The position numbers were made by a program, and so were the translations under genes. The notes beneath the pieces are model-generated. The model ran no database searches and was not told the DNA's origin. It saw nothing but the letters and a program-made list of their open reading frames with translations. A stretch of 63,209 nucleotides of DNA, filler included, from Ministeria vibrans ATCC 50519 (Eukaryota; Protista; Filasterea): assembly GCA_943704425.1 (NCBI GenBank). It is 4 parts of 4 records of this genome, joined end to end, with 100 filler letters (N's around TTAATTAATTAA, not from the genome) between each part and the next. Parts side by side here need not be neighbours in the genome. Positions count along the whole stretch, not along the records: positions 27,912 to 58,040 come from CALSCP010002587.1; 3 more parts are not named here. One strand, written 5' to 3'. Each line of letters begins with the position of its first letter. Positions within the stretch are counted from its first letter, which is position 1. Shown here piece by piece: positions 42,640-56,125 of the stretch.

Positions 42640-43214
42640 ATGAGTGAAAAACTCGTCAAGGCCTACGATACAATACATCTAGGCCCTTTAGTGGGCGCTT
42701 CAGTGGCTGCCGCTGAGGGAGCCAAGTAAGATACAAAACAAACATAATAATCATTATCTTGTTGAGAGAGAACAAGACACACACACACACACACACACAC
42801 ACACAACGCGGAAGTGTAGCGGGTTAGGGATGACAAGGGAAGCGGGAAAGATGAGGCGCATGCACTCACTCGCAGTCTCACAGACACACAAACACACACA
42901 AACACACACAACCTCAACCAAATATCATCTTTCTCTTTCTCGTTTTAGGGCCCCACCGGCGAAAAAAGACCGCGTGGCCGCGTGCAAGACACTGGCAGAC
43001 ATGGTGTGCCAGCCGGCAGCGCGCCAAAACGACGATTTCTCCAAGAAACTGTCCATCAGTGTGGCGGGTCTGCTGCGCGGACACAACGACGCCGAAACAG
43101 ACGTGCGCATGATGGCCGAGGAGTGCCTCAACCGCGTCCTCAACGAGTTCCTGGCCACCCATGTCGTTCGTCTTGAAGGTGAATCGTCTCGTCGTCACAC
43201 GAAATCGCTCATCT

Positions 43215-43250
<36 letters not shown>

Positions 43251-46200
43251 AACTCTCTCTCTCTCTATCAGTCGAGTTATACAAAGAACTGAAGCGCACC
43301 GGCTCGCAAAGTCGCTCGTTGCGCGCTGCCATGACCAAGTTTGCTGAAATGGCTCATCTCATCAAGCCGGCCAAGTGCAAGGCATTCGCGCAGTCGCTTG
43401 TGGCGCCCCTCGTTCAGATTGTGCGGCGGGAGGAGGAGCCCATTCATGAGACACTGGCGCACTCCATTGATCGTATCCTGCGCGTCTTTGGCCTCTATCT
43501 CGCCGACGAGGCCGTCCACCAGCTCACCGACAGCTTCTTCCGGAATCTTAGCAACGGTTCGGCTCTCATCCGACGTACTGCAGCCGTCGGCGTCGTCAGC
43601 GTCTGCCGGCATGTTCGCGCTGCCGACCTGCTTTGCGAGAGCGTCTTTCATCGTCTCTCGTTGCTCGCACGCAGTGCCCTTGCCGGACAGCCCGACCAAT
43701 TACGATCGCCACAGCAGCGCCAGTCTATCCCCGGTGGCGCTGGCCAGTCCCCAGGTGACGTGGACACGTCCACGCGCTGCTTGCATCTCCTGCAAGGGTC
43801 ACTCTTGTGCTTTCGCTACATGGTTGCCATGTCGCGCGAGCGTCAGAGCTCGTGCGTGTTACGTCAGCGTACCGTGCGTGCCATGACCACCGAACTAGTT
43901 CACTCGCTGGCGCACGAAAACCACAACGTGGTCACGGCCAGCCTCGAGGCGCTCCAGGTGTTGCTTCGTCTGCTGCACAGTCGTGAACTGCACGTGTGGA
44001 TTGGCACCGATGATCAGTTGCAGTCGACGAGCAACAGCTTGTCTTCCACTCCTTCCTCGTCAACCGCCTCCGTGTTGTCGCATGTCGGTGTCGAGCGCAT
44101 TGTTCGCTACCTGTGCGGCTTTCTCCATCACGCGGGGCCCAAGCGAGGTCCTCCACCCGCCGGAACCAAACGTGTGCGTGTCTCGGTCAAGGCCCTGGCG
44201 CTTGGCTGTCTTGCCTGGCTTGCTCGCTCCGACGCGCGCCGTCTCTTTTTCACCGAATCTATCACTCCCATGCCAGTGGGCACGCTCGCTGCACCGCCCG
44301 GCGCTGCCGATGCTCTCCGACTTTGTCCCGCCTCGCTTGTTCTGCAGTACGCGAATGAGACAGATCCTCTCTTGCGGGGCACTTGTGCTTTTGCATGTGG
44401 TCACGCTGTGCGCGCCGCCATCGAACATCGCATTCTCAAGCAGAACCTCACACCGTACTATGGTGCGATCCTTGGTGCACTCGAAGACGAATCGTCAACC
44501 GCTCGTCGTCTCGCCATTGACGCCGTCCTCGTATGTCTGCCCGCACTTCAACAGAGCGGTCTCGTGGACAAAGTCGTCATGCTCTCGCGTGCCATCATGC
44601 GACGTGCCAACGATCAGTACTGGCTCTGTCGTGCCGATGTGGTTGCTGCCGTTGCCGAAATCGACTACCGCATCGTGTCGCACTGGGAGTACGCTCGTCG
44701 CTTTCAGTCGGCCACTCAAGCGGCCAACGTCGACAACGACAACAACAACAACAACAACAACAACAACAGCAACAACACGGGCGACGACACTCGCTCGAGA
44801 CAAACCAACGTGGTGGGCTGTCAACAAACAGACGAGTTGCAGGACAGCGCCGTGCGTTGTGTCGTACGAGCGCTGGTGGACGAAGATCCGCGTGTGCGTG
44901 AGCGCGCCGCCGTTGCCTGTGTACGCATTGTGCCGCGCACATTTTACGCGTCGGACTGGCCTTCGCAGGATCCAATCACAGTGCTTGCCGAGTGCATGGC
45001 TGCTCCACGATTACGGCCGCAGTTTGCGCCCTTGTCGGTACCAGCCGATCGCAGTGTGTCCACCTCTCTAGTGGCCACTTTGGGTGGCGACGACCACGGT
45101 GCGGGTGGCTCGGGCGACGGCGATTTCTCGGGTAGTGGTGGCGCCAGTGGCGGTGGTGGTGGTGGCAGTGGAGCTGGCGGTGGTGGTGGCGGCATGTCGT
45201 CGTCCGGTGGTGGCGGTGGAACTGCGGCTCCCGATGATGGCAGCAGCGGAGGTGATGACGGTGACGACGTGCCTTGCACGGAAGACCTTCTGGATGCGAA
45301 CCTCAGTCGAATGCTGTCGCGTCTTGTGTCGCTCTTTCAGACGTCTCACTCTCACAGCGCCATTGGAGGGGCCCTTTCGGCACTGTTGCGCGTCGCCCGC
45401 TCGTTTAGCGTCCCCTCGCTGAGTGCCGTGCTCTCGAGCAGTCCCATTGGCAGTCTCACCGAACCTCTCAAGTGTCTCAGCGAGTGCGGTCGCCATATTA
45501 TGCCACTATTGCTCGACCACATGGCAGTGGGCTGGGTGGCCCTCGACCTGGGTGTTCATGCCGAGGCCCTTCAGCTGTCTGCGTGCCTCCTGCGCAACGT
45601 CGGGACTATGCCAGACGCAGCCACCCAAACGAATATTGAGAGTTTGTGCGTGCACGCAATGCGTTTGCTTAACATCTGTGTTCACATTGTGTCCAACACC
45701 ACGCCCAATGACAAGGCAGCGACAGCCGCGGCTGCTGCTGCAGTCGCCGCAGCCGCTGCCTCTCCCTCTGTCTCGCAAAAGGAACCCCAGTCCCCGGCAC
45801 CGGGGTCTCAAGCACCCATGTCACCGGGTGCCATGCCTGGCACTCCACAGGGCTCTGCTGCGTCGGCTGCTGCGGCTGCTGCCAACGCCGCCGCTGCCGC
45901 ATCCGGTTCAGGGTTTGGGAGTGTCGCGCCTGGCGAACCCTACGGTGAGTTTGCTCATCTGCCCCATCTCATGCGACTGCATGACCAGCTTGCTGCCACC
46001 CATCACAATGCGCGCATGTCACTTGAACTTGGCGGTGAAAATCGCTTTCAGGCGCTCCTCGCAGCTGCTCTCGATGCCCTCTCGGTGGTCATCCAAGCGC
46101 ACGGTCGCTCATGTGTTACTTATGCCGAGGAGGCGCTCGGCTACTTGCGCCAGCTGGGCACGCACGACTCGCGCGGTGTTCTCCTGTGCATCACCGAGTT

Positions 46201-49200
46201 GTTGTGGGCGTTGTTTGGTAGCGATACGCAGCGCAAACGTCCAGTTCCTTCGGTGCACGCCTGGCGCCTCGAACGCTCGGCCGCGTCGGCCGAATCTGAT
46301 TTGGGTGTCGACGACCGTGCGGGTCCAGCCGATGGCTTTTACGAGCGCGTCATTGCACGACCACGACGTGTCTTGTCGCGTCTTTTGCACAGCCACGGCG
46401 ACGAGACGGACGTGTCCGCGTTGCTCGCCCACTCAGCATCGTCCGCTACTCCCTCGTCCGCCTCACTCACCTCATCCGCCGCAAGTACGGCCAGTTCTGC
46501 TAATACTGCCACCTCGTTTGCAACAAGCTCTTCGCTCTCACGTGGACGGCTCGGAAGGCGTGCCTCGCGCAACACTGTGTTTGCCTCGGCGACGTATGGC
46601 AGTGCATTGATGGGTGCGATTGCTGCCGAGGGACGACAGCGTGCTGCAAGTGCTGCGAGTGTGGCCAAAAAGTTGCCGCCCAAAGCGAGCATGCAGCACT
46701 TTGTGCGGCTCTTTGAGCCTCTGGTCATTCGCGCCATGAACAGCTACTGCAACACCAACTCTATTGAGATGCAACAGCTGACGCTTTTCCTCCTTTGCCA
46801 ACTCATGGTGTTGCGTGTCAACTACTCGCTCCTCGACGGCGAAGCTATGTTTCTGTCGTTTCTCACGCGACAGCTTGAGGGTGTCTATGAAGGACGCATG
46901 CGCGACTCCGAGCGCCTATTACCCTTGCTCTTCCAGTTCTTCCTGCTGCTCGCACGTGAGAGTCAGGGCGCCTCGACCTCCTCGCCGGCGCCGAACGCCA
47001 CCTCTGGGTCCAAGGCCACGATCACGCCCAATGCTGTTCTTGATCATGCGGCGCGTCTGCTCCAGAGCCACGACCTTGTTCTCGAGCGCTCCTTGCCCAT
47101 GTTGCAGCCGCTCATTCAAGAGTACTTTGAGGTGAACCCGTTGACGTCGCCTGTGGCGCCGCCCAAGTGGCTCTCGACGGGTCGTCTCGTTGTGATGGAG
47201 GCACTTCTGCGCAACCTTGGCGAGAGCTCCAATGCGGTCGACATGCTCACGCGTATGCTCACGTTGGCCCAGCGCCAGTGTATTGTCACCAACGACCTGG
47301 GCGCCTATGCGGCCGACGACGAACGAGTACTCGCGCATGCTGCGGCACGCGACGCCTTCTCGCGTCTGGTGCGTCGTGCTGCCGAGCGTGTGTTGCCTCA
47401 GGCGTTGTCGTCGGAGATTCAAGGCAGCTGTGGCGTCCTTGGTGCACTGATGGACAGTCTGGGTGTCGCCTTGCATCCCGCGGTGGCACTCATCAAGTGT
47501 ATTTTTGGCGTTGGCGAGAACTTTGTGACGGGCGAAGGCGCTGCCGACATTGCAGACGCACCCGAGGGCGACCGTTCGGCGCACCTTGAAGACTTTGACT
47601 ACGACAGTGCCGTAGACGGTATCGAGACGAATCCGTTTGATTCAGATCCGATTCCCAGTGGCACGTCGACGCGTGGCGGTGGTGGTGCTTTGGCAGCGAG
47701 CGGTGGACGTCCTGGCAGCACTGCGGGGGGTGGCGGCCGTGGCCATGGGAGTGCGTCGGACACGCACAACGACTTGCACGAGTTGGATGTGGGGCGTTGG
47801 CTACCATCGGCAGTGGCCACCGTGCGTGCTCTTTGTCGTGTTGAAGATCCCATTGCTGGCGTGCTGCAGTGGGACAAGATGCAGCAAGGGGCCCTGTTGA
47901 GCGAACTGGGTATTTTGCCAAGCGACGAGCCGATGAAGAAGCGCAAGGCGGCCGCCATCACCCTTGTGGCACGTCTTCTAGACCTTTGTCGCATGGCCCT
48001 CGAAGTGTGTGTGACGCAAGCGGGTGCGGCGTCGCGTCGCACGCGCCTCAACGAGACCTGTCAACTGCTTTGGCTCGTGTCGCTTTTGCTCAACGAACCA
48101 CTCAACAATGAGGCCGCAGCAACCTTTGCGCGTCGCCTCAGCACCAACCAGGTGGCGGGCAGTTCGATCTCTGGCGACTTTGTGAGTGGCCGTTCGACCG
48201 CTAACACAGGTGCGTCGGCCCGGCGACGATTGGACCCCATATTTCAAGAAGAAGAAGAGAAAAACACGTCGATGGGTGCAAAGACTTCACCGAGTGTGTC
48301 AGGCGCGACAACGACCACGACGAACACCGCCGCCACAGCAGCAACATCATTGCCAGCAAAGAAGGGACTTGAGCATCGCCAGATGCTCTCTGAGGTGCTC
48401 AAAGATCCGCTGCTGCAGGCCAAGACGGGCATGCCGTCCATTTTGTCTGCGGTCGAGTCACTCGTGACCCAGCTTGTCTCGGTTGATCCCGTCCTTGTGG
48501 TGCAATGGTATCAACTGCGGGCGGGCTCGGGTCTGGCAACCGACACGTGGTGGGACTCGGTGTGCATGCGAGCGACGACATTTGACGCGGACCCCAACCA
48601 GTGTGTGACGCGACGTGCGGCGCTGCTGTTTCGTTGCGAACGTGCTGTCATTCAACACGCACGCGGCGACCAGATTGATCTGTATCGATGGGTGCCGGCG
48701 CTTGCAAACGAAATTGTCGTGCTCATGCCCGAACCACCATGTCGTCAACTGTGGAAGTTGGTGCGCCAGGACGCCGGCTTGGCCGCGGCCTGCCTCGAGG
48801 TGATGGGCGATCCGCAGCGCTTTCGAACCAAGGCAGCGTCGGCCACCATGGTCATGCACCGTCTCAACTGCCTTGACAAGCTTCCAAGCTCGGCACGCCT
48901 TGCCTGTGTGCTCGTCGACGATGTGGTGGCCGTGTCGCGTACTGGTCGCCTTGCGCTACAGCGTGTTGCCGAGCGTACACTCCGTCGCGTTCTTCGTGCG
49001 CTTGTGGCTGCCGGTGAGCACGCGGGTGTCGAGCAGGCACAGCGGTTGTACCGTACCTACACGAATTCGTCGTCGCGGCCGCTCGTCATGAACACTTCGC
49101 TTTTGTCCGTACTGCTGCAAACATCGGGCGACGACACGAGCGCGGCGACTCCAGTCACGCCGCTTGTTGACATATCTTCCGACGACGCGTCGACCACCCC

Positions 49201-52200
49201 AAGTGCTCCGGCGACGCCCGTCACCCCGACTGTTGGGGGGAACATTGAGTGTGCGCCTTGGCCCAATGGCAACCAGCGTTTGCACGGCTGGCACGTGTCG
49301 AATCTGCTGAAGCAGTGGTGCAGCGACCGACGCTGGGCGCGAGGCAGTGAGCTGGCTGCCGCGGCTGCATCGGCGACCAAGACGGTGACACGCGTGGCGG
49401 CGGCACGGTGTGCTCGCATGCTGCTGGAGCTCGACGAGACGTCATTGCAGCAAATTTTGCCGCACGCACGCATGGATGTGGTGCTGGCGAGTGTACGCTG
49501 CGGCCTCGAGGCGGCCGATGAGGCACGCATGAGTTTGCGAGCCATGGAGGAGGACGAGTGGAGCGACGCGACCGCCGCTTCGACCGAGGTGCACGTTCCT
49601 CTGCTCGATGTAGTCGCACGTGTGGTGGTCCAGCGCGCAACTGCCGAGCAGCAGAGCGCGATGGATGTGCACGAGGAGGCGGACCTTGTCGAGTCTATTG
49701 GTTTGCTGTATGCGCGTGCCTCGCCCGACTGGTTTGGCATTGCCGAGTCGCAGCGGTTTGCGCCCGTCGAGTTTGTGTGTCGGGCACTTTCGCGAGCCGT
49801 TGTGTTTCTCCGGCAGGGGTTGTGGCAGCCACGTTATGTGCAAGTGGCGCTTCAGTCGATTGCGGGCGTGACGACACAGGCGGACATTGGACATTGGATG
49901 AAGGAGGCGACCACGGGCAAGGCTGTGTTTCGCACCACGGTGCGTCATGTCTATGCGCTTTTTCAGTTATTGATGCGCGGTGCGGTTGCGGTGACACGCA
50001 AGCCTGGTTGTGAGCTGGCGATGCTTACACGCGAGTTGGGCCAGGTGTTGCACTCGCCGGCGCTCACGGGCGGTGCGACGGCACGTGAACTGGCGCTGGA
50101 TGTGCGCCAGCCGGAGTTCATGCGAGAGGCACTGCGTCGCGCTGCGTTTCACATTGCGCGAGTGGACATTGACGAGGCGAACTTGCAGGCGATGGATAGT
50201 GTACAACCGTTGATGCAAATGGGCTTTGAGGAGCGCTCGGGCGACGACGACGAGGACGCAGCGAACGGCGGTCGCGATAAGAATCTCGAGCAACTAGGGG
50301 GTCTTGAGGCGGACGACTGCTACGAAGACGTGGACCGTCAGGCAGAGATGGCAGCTGCGTCCGCTTCCTCGTCGGCGACCGGCGGGAATCGGTCGCGCAA
50401 CGTGTTCATTGCGGAATTTCTGGCGGACGCAGAGATTTTGCGAGACATTTTGGAGAACATGGGGCATCTGGGTTGGGTGGAGCGACGACAATTTGAGGAG
50501 AGCTGGGCGTCGTTGTTGAGTGTCTTGGGGAGCACAATGTCGTCCGAGAGCAACATGGGGGGCGATGAGAGCGAGACAGTGAGTGGGTCGCGCGAGGAGG
50601 ACGCGCGTCTCGTGCTGCTGGGTGTGCGTGGAGTGACGGCCCTGCTGTTACGTAGCATGTGCGAGCCCATCATGGGCGATCCGCACCAAGGCTGTGTGCA
50701 GCATGTACCGCGACGCCACGATATGCACTTTCTCGAGGAGCAGCGCAATGGGAAGCGACTATTGCGCCCACGCGGATTGCTTGCAGAGGCGCTGAGTGGC
50801 GAGAGTCGCTACTGCACTGGCTTTTCGTTCCAGACAATTGCCTCGGGCACGACGACGACGACGCGACTTGGTATCAGTGCCGGTGGTGCGGCGAGTGCCT
50901 TTCTCACGCGATCCGGCTCGCGCTACCTGGGCCGCAACGTGGAACGTGTGACAGAAACGCGTTCGCGCTACGGCCAGGTAAGTGTACATCACTTGCGTGT
51001 GGCGTGTTCGGCGGACGGCGTTGGTGAGTTTGGCCTGATGGACAGCGGTGGTGGCGACTCAGAAGGGAAGCGCGGTGGACGAGACAGGGCGGGCACGTCG
51101 GGGTCGATGGTGGCGTCGGCACGCGTGGTGGTGGGACCTTTGGAGGCGCTGATTGAGGCGGCACGTGTTGAGGTGGCACCCTGTCTGCGGATTGTATTGG
51201 ATCTGATGGAGAACCGACTGCGAGCGTCCGCGCCATTGGCGGCGCTGCACGCCACTTGCCGGTCGGTGCTGTTGCTGTCGGACTTGTTCTCGCGCGTTGC
51301 TCAGTGGGAGTGGCTACGCCGCGTGTTTGGCGAGCTGATTGCAACGCACGCCGTTGAAGATGTGATGGTACGACAGTATCTGATTGTGGGGCTGAGCAAG
51401 GCGACAGCCGTGCTAGGTAGTGACACGATGGGGCAGGGACCGCCATTGGGTGTGCTGCTGGAGAGTGCGATTGTAAGTGGGCGTCCGGCGCTGCAGTACG
51501 CCGCACTGCACAGTGTGCTGATGCTTGCGGAGGGAACCATCTCGCACGTGGTGGTGACGTTGATTCCGCCCGTCATGGAGTTTTGTCTGGGAGTGCTACT
51601 GAGTGGCGCAGACTATCCGATGGCGTTGCAGTTGGTAGCGGTTGCGGTGTGTGTGGAGCTGGGACGGCAGTTTCCGCAGGAGATGGGTGAGATGGACTAC
51701 ACGCGACGGGCCGTGATGGCGACGTTGGTGGTTGCGAGCAACGACGTGCACACGCCCCAGCCGGTGTTTGAGTCGGTCATGGTGGGTCTGGAGCAGTTGT
51801 TGCTCACCTTCACGCTCTCTCGGTCGAATCGCGAGACTATTTCCACCCTAGGCGCAGACAAGGCGCGCTCAGGGAGGTTCAAACGGGCGCTATCGGCGCT
51901 GGGACTCACGCTAACGTGCATGTACACGCGTGCGCAAGAGAGCAAGCTGAACATTGACTTGTCGACGGGTGCCGACCCGACTGACCGGGCGGCAGTTATG
52001 GGCGACTCGCCGTCCTCCTCGCCTCACCCCCAGCAGCAACAGCTGCAAGAGACACCTCACTTGCACGTTATGGAGCGACTCAGCGCCCTCCTGGACAAGA
52101 TCCGTCGCGGCAATGGCTACGAGGCGCGTCGGGTCAGTGGTGTTGTACCTCATTTGCTCGCCGACTTTTTCCCAACGCAGCAAATTGTTTCGACGGTCAT

Positions 52201-52873
52201 GGGTGAGTTTCTGACGGACCAGCAGGCGCACCCGGGTCTCCTTGCAACCATTGTCTTTGAGACCTTTGCTTTTCTTCAATTCCGTGGCCAACACGTAAGA
52301 AACGGGTCAAAGTGAAAGTGGATTGTTATTTTTTTATTTTTTTATTTTTTTTATTTTTTTTTTAGAATACGATCAAGGAGTGGGTTCTGCTGTCGCTTGC
52401 ATCGTTTACGCAGAAGCGTCCTTTGTCCCTCTCGCTCTGGTCCCTCACGTGCCTCTTTACGGCGGTTTCGCGCAACCGATGGCTCAGGACTCTTCAAGAG
52501 CATCTCATTCCATTGCAGGACACCTTTATGGCCGTAAGCTCACAGCCAGACAAACCTTGTGTTTATATATGCGAACTCACTGTCATTTCCGGTCTGTGTG
52601 TGTGTGTGTGTGTGTGCGTGTGTGTTTCTATAGAATCCACAAGACAAACAGATGTTTGTTGTGTCTGGGTATGACTTCTTCATGTACCAGGACCTCACCG
52701 AGCACGAGAAGGGCGCCTTTCTCGCCGTCTTTGCCCCTCTCACCGACACTCCCTTTCCCGAGGTATGCTCCATTTTGTTAGTTATTCCATTATATCCTAT
52801 AATGGGTAAATATTTTTTTTGTGTGTAGCTCTGTGCTGCTTGTGGGCTGTTAGATACAGCTGATGGCATTTGA
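42640..52873 (+). CDS. HTT: Huntingtin
   Basis: MSEKLVKAYDTI..|KKDRVAAC; DAETDVRMMAEECLN; ELYKELKR..SRSLRAAM..FAE; DEDPRVR; FVRLFEPLVIRAM; LRVNYSLLD; LGWVERRQFEESW; ALGLTLTCMYT; VMGEFLTDQQAHP; EWVLLSL. About 3100 aa. Confidence 0.96.
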
Positions 52874-53084
52874 GAACGGAGCCTTTTTCTTGAATAAAAA
52901 TAATATTGTATAATTAATAAGAAAATAAAAAGAGAATCGAGAGCTGTAATAATTAATAATAATAATAATTCATGGCGATGAATAATTTATAGACAAAATC
53001 GACAAAAACAGACAAAACTTAATAATACATTTCATTTTGCTTTTCTATTGGAGTGAAGAGAACGCCGACTGGCAGCATTGAGCA

Positions 53085-53827
53085 ATGGCAAAGATACTGT
53101 ATGCGTTTGCCAATGGGCTTTCGAGACGAAAGTTTTTCGGTGAAGATTCGTTGACGGATGAGACACTTCGCGAAGAGCTGTTTCCGGAGATGGCACACGA
53201 TGGTACGCCTGGGGGCAGTGTTGATGCGCGCGCGAGAGGGCGCGTCGACGAAGCGACAGAGAGAAAAAAAAAGAAGAGAGAGAGGAGAGAATTGAAAATG
53301 TGTTGATAGCGTACGAGACACTGCGCGAGCGATTTGAGGCGGCGCTCACGGCCGCAGCATCGAACGATTGGGACACGACGGCGCTCGATGCGCATCTGAA
53401 CAGTATTGGGAGCGAGCAGGCGGAGACGGATGCGCTTGTGAAGCTGTGGAAGGCGCAGCGGGCGCGAGTGCACGCCGAAATGGTCTCCAAGTCGCGGTTT
53501 GGCGCCAGCCTGGACGACGCTGCCTGGCGCATTGATGTCAAGACGCGCTCCCGTCACATTAGCCAGTTGAACGAGAACACCGCTGTTGTACAACTGTCCA
53601 TTCGCAACCGAAACAGTATCAAATTATTATTACATTGTAAACTTTGTCATCTCGCTCTGTGCTGATTCTCTTGTCTGTTTTCCATAGGCGACGATGCAAC
53701 GGCTGTGCGGTTTGAGGCAGACGAAGATCAGCTGCGAAAGTTTGTGGACGATATGGATGCAGTGGAGGCGCGTCTGGCTGAGGCAGCCAGTGCCAAGACG
53801 GGTGCGTCCAGGAGAGTAAAGCAATAA
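53085..53827 (+). CDS. COMMD1: COMM domain-containing protein 1
   Basis: LREELFPE..LVKLWKAQRARVH..SRFGASLDDAAWRIDVKTRSRHISQLNENTAVVQL matches COMMD1 (WKSHK..SWRVDGKSQSRH). Confidence 0.85.
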
Positions 53828-53924
53828 CATCGACTGACGTCTGATGATTGAAGTTCCAATATGCATGGGAGTGTTTACACTGCGTTCGGTTTCATGTATT
53901 GCTTAAGATGAGAATGGGTGTATT

Positions 53925-53961
<37 letters not shown>

Positions 53962-53972
53962 ACACACACACA

Positions 53973-54014
<42 letters not shown>

Positions 54015-54606
54015 TGCTTTGCAAATTAGTACTAAATGTCGTTTGTGAAACATGCGGTTATTGAAGGCGGTCTGGCCGTCTGGGACTCCAGCCGGGTAGA
54101 GGGTGGGGTACCCGCGACAAACATTGAAATAATTTGATCTGAATTTGAAGAGATGAGCATCTCTTCAAGAAACTCGTCAGAGTAACAACTAACAAATAAC
54201 AGACATGTTTAGCTTGTTCACTATGACTTTCTACAGCAATCGATGCAAAATACACCAATTTTATTCTGGAAAAAAGTATTTTTGAATTGCTCGGAAATTG
54301 CTCGTTTCTCATCTCTCTCGTCTGCCAACCTGACAGCTTCCGAGGCTGCTCTCTTGCCGCCATTAACCGAGAAAGGGTATGTCTAAAGTGATAGAAGAAG
54401 AAACCATCGGGAAAAGAGGGCATTTAGGGCAAACTTACGTTGGTCGAGGAAAAAGAAGTTCGTCATGACAACGCTGCAATGCCAAATCACTTATTTTTTA
54501 CCCTTCCTCCTGTAGTTGTATCCCCCCCACCCTCACCACCACTCACCACTCACTCACCACCCACCACCCCTTTTCCATACCCCTTCCCACACACACCACC
54601 ATTGGA

Positions 54607-55921
54607 ATGGCATCAACGAAGCGGGCTCGATTAGAGTTGATGGAAGAAGCGGTGGACCTTACAGCGCCGCTCTATCCGGCGCTTCGGCGTGCCTCGTCCT
54701 CGGACAGCCTTGGAAACGACTCTGGAGTGTCGGCTGATACTGTTGACGACTTGAGCGCACGAGAATTGCCGGTTGCGACAGAGTCATGCGACGAAGTTCA
54801 GACGACGACGATTTTGCAACCGAATGTGTCGTCGTTGCAATACCGATTTGCGACGCCGTCACGATCGACATCGCTTGTCCAGGGCCACCGCGTTGCCACT
54901 GGCGAACCTATTGTGGCCAAACGTGTTGCCAGGGATTGCGTAGATCGCTTCTTCGCAACCGAGGGGCTCATTCTGTCGCTTCTGACGCGAGGCGCCACGA
55001 ATATTTCACGCTCCATTGCAAATGTCGTCGATACGACCATCGCTGATGACGGATCGCTTATGCTTGTGCTTGATCGTCCCTATGGCATGGACTTGCACTC
55101 TCTTTTGCGCCAGCGCAAGAAGTTCTCGGAGCCAGAGGCGCGATCGCTTTTTCGCAACATTTTTGCGGCGATTTGTCACTCGCACCGTCATGGGGTCGCC
55201 CTAGGCGCCCTCAAGCTCTCCAGCGTGCGTGTGTTGGAGGAAGCCCGCGAGGACGGAAGGTAATCCTTCATCCTTATAAAATAACCGCCTCCCAAGGGGC
55301 GTACACACAGAGATAGTCTCTCTGTGGACTGTGCGAGAATATTTAATCATCCAACAACCCGTTTTTTTTTTTTTTTTTTTTTTGTTTTTGTGTTATTCTT
55401 CTAGATTTATTCGGACAGGTGTGGTCACCGATTTGCAGCACGCAATGTTTGTGGCTGAGCAACCATGCCAGAGTCGTGCATCACCCGCCTACCTGTCACC
55501 CGAGTGCTGTACTCTCGACTCGACGACTCCCTCTACAACAATTGACGTGCGTGCGTGCGACATGTGGTCGCTGGGCATCATGTTGTATGCGCTGCTGGTG
55601 GGCCGCTACCCGTTTGTCGCCGACAACCTGGACAGCCTCAAGGCGTGTATTCTACAGGGCCAAGTGGTCTTCCCAGAACACGTCTCACCGAGCGCACAGT
55701 CTCTGGTGCGCGCGTTGCTTCATCCCTCCCCCACAAGTCGTGCCACCCTCTCCACGGTGCTGCGCCACCAATGGACACGCGTCTCACCCACCTTGACTAC
55801 CAGTAACACAGGAGAAAGTACAACCGTCTCCTCCAACACGACAAACACCAGCCGCCTGGCCATGCCATCGCGGAAACGACACTTTGAGGAGACGATTGAT
55901 GACCAGTGCGTGCCCTCCTGA
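54607..55921 (+). CDS. TRIB: Tribbles-like pseudokinase
   Basis: YGMDLHSLLRQRKKFSEPEARSLF..CHSHRHGVALGALKL..DLQHA..SPAYLSPE..DMWSLGIMLYALLVGRYPF..VLRHQW..DDQCVPS*. Confidence 0.8.
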
Positions 55922-56125
55922 CCATTTTTACCACCTTTCAAAAGCAAAAATACATACAACAAATGATGCACAAATGATTCTTCGTTCGTCCATCGCATTG
56001 CAGAAAAAGGAACAAGAGGATGCGTATATTTCCATGAGAGAAGAAGATGGAGACAGAGAGGGAAAGTGATAGAGAAGATCCATCACAAGTGAGCAAATGG
56101 CGAATGAAATCACATGTGCACTCCA

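Noticed and set aside
42830-43271. Start and poly-Phe stretch of the 3161-aa ORF as listed
   Set aside because: The ORF begins in intron 1 and reads through an in-frame intron (about 43179-43271); the likely start is ATG 42640.
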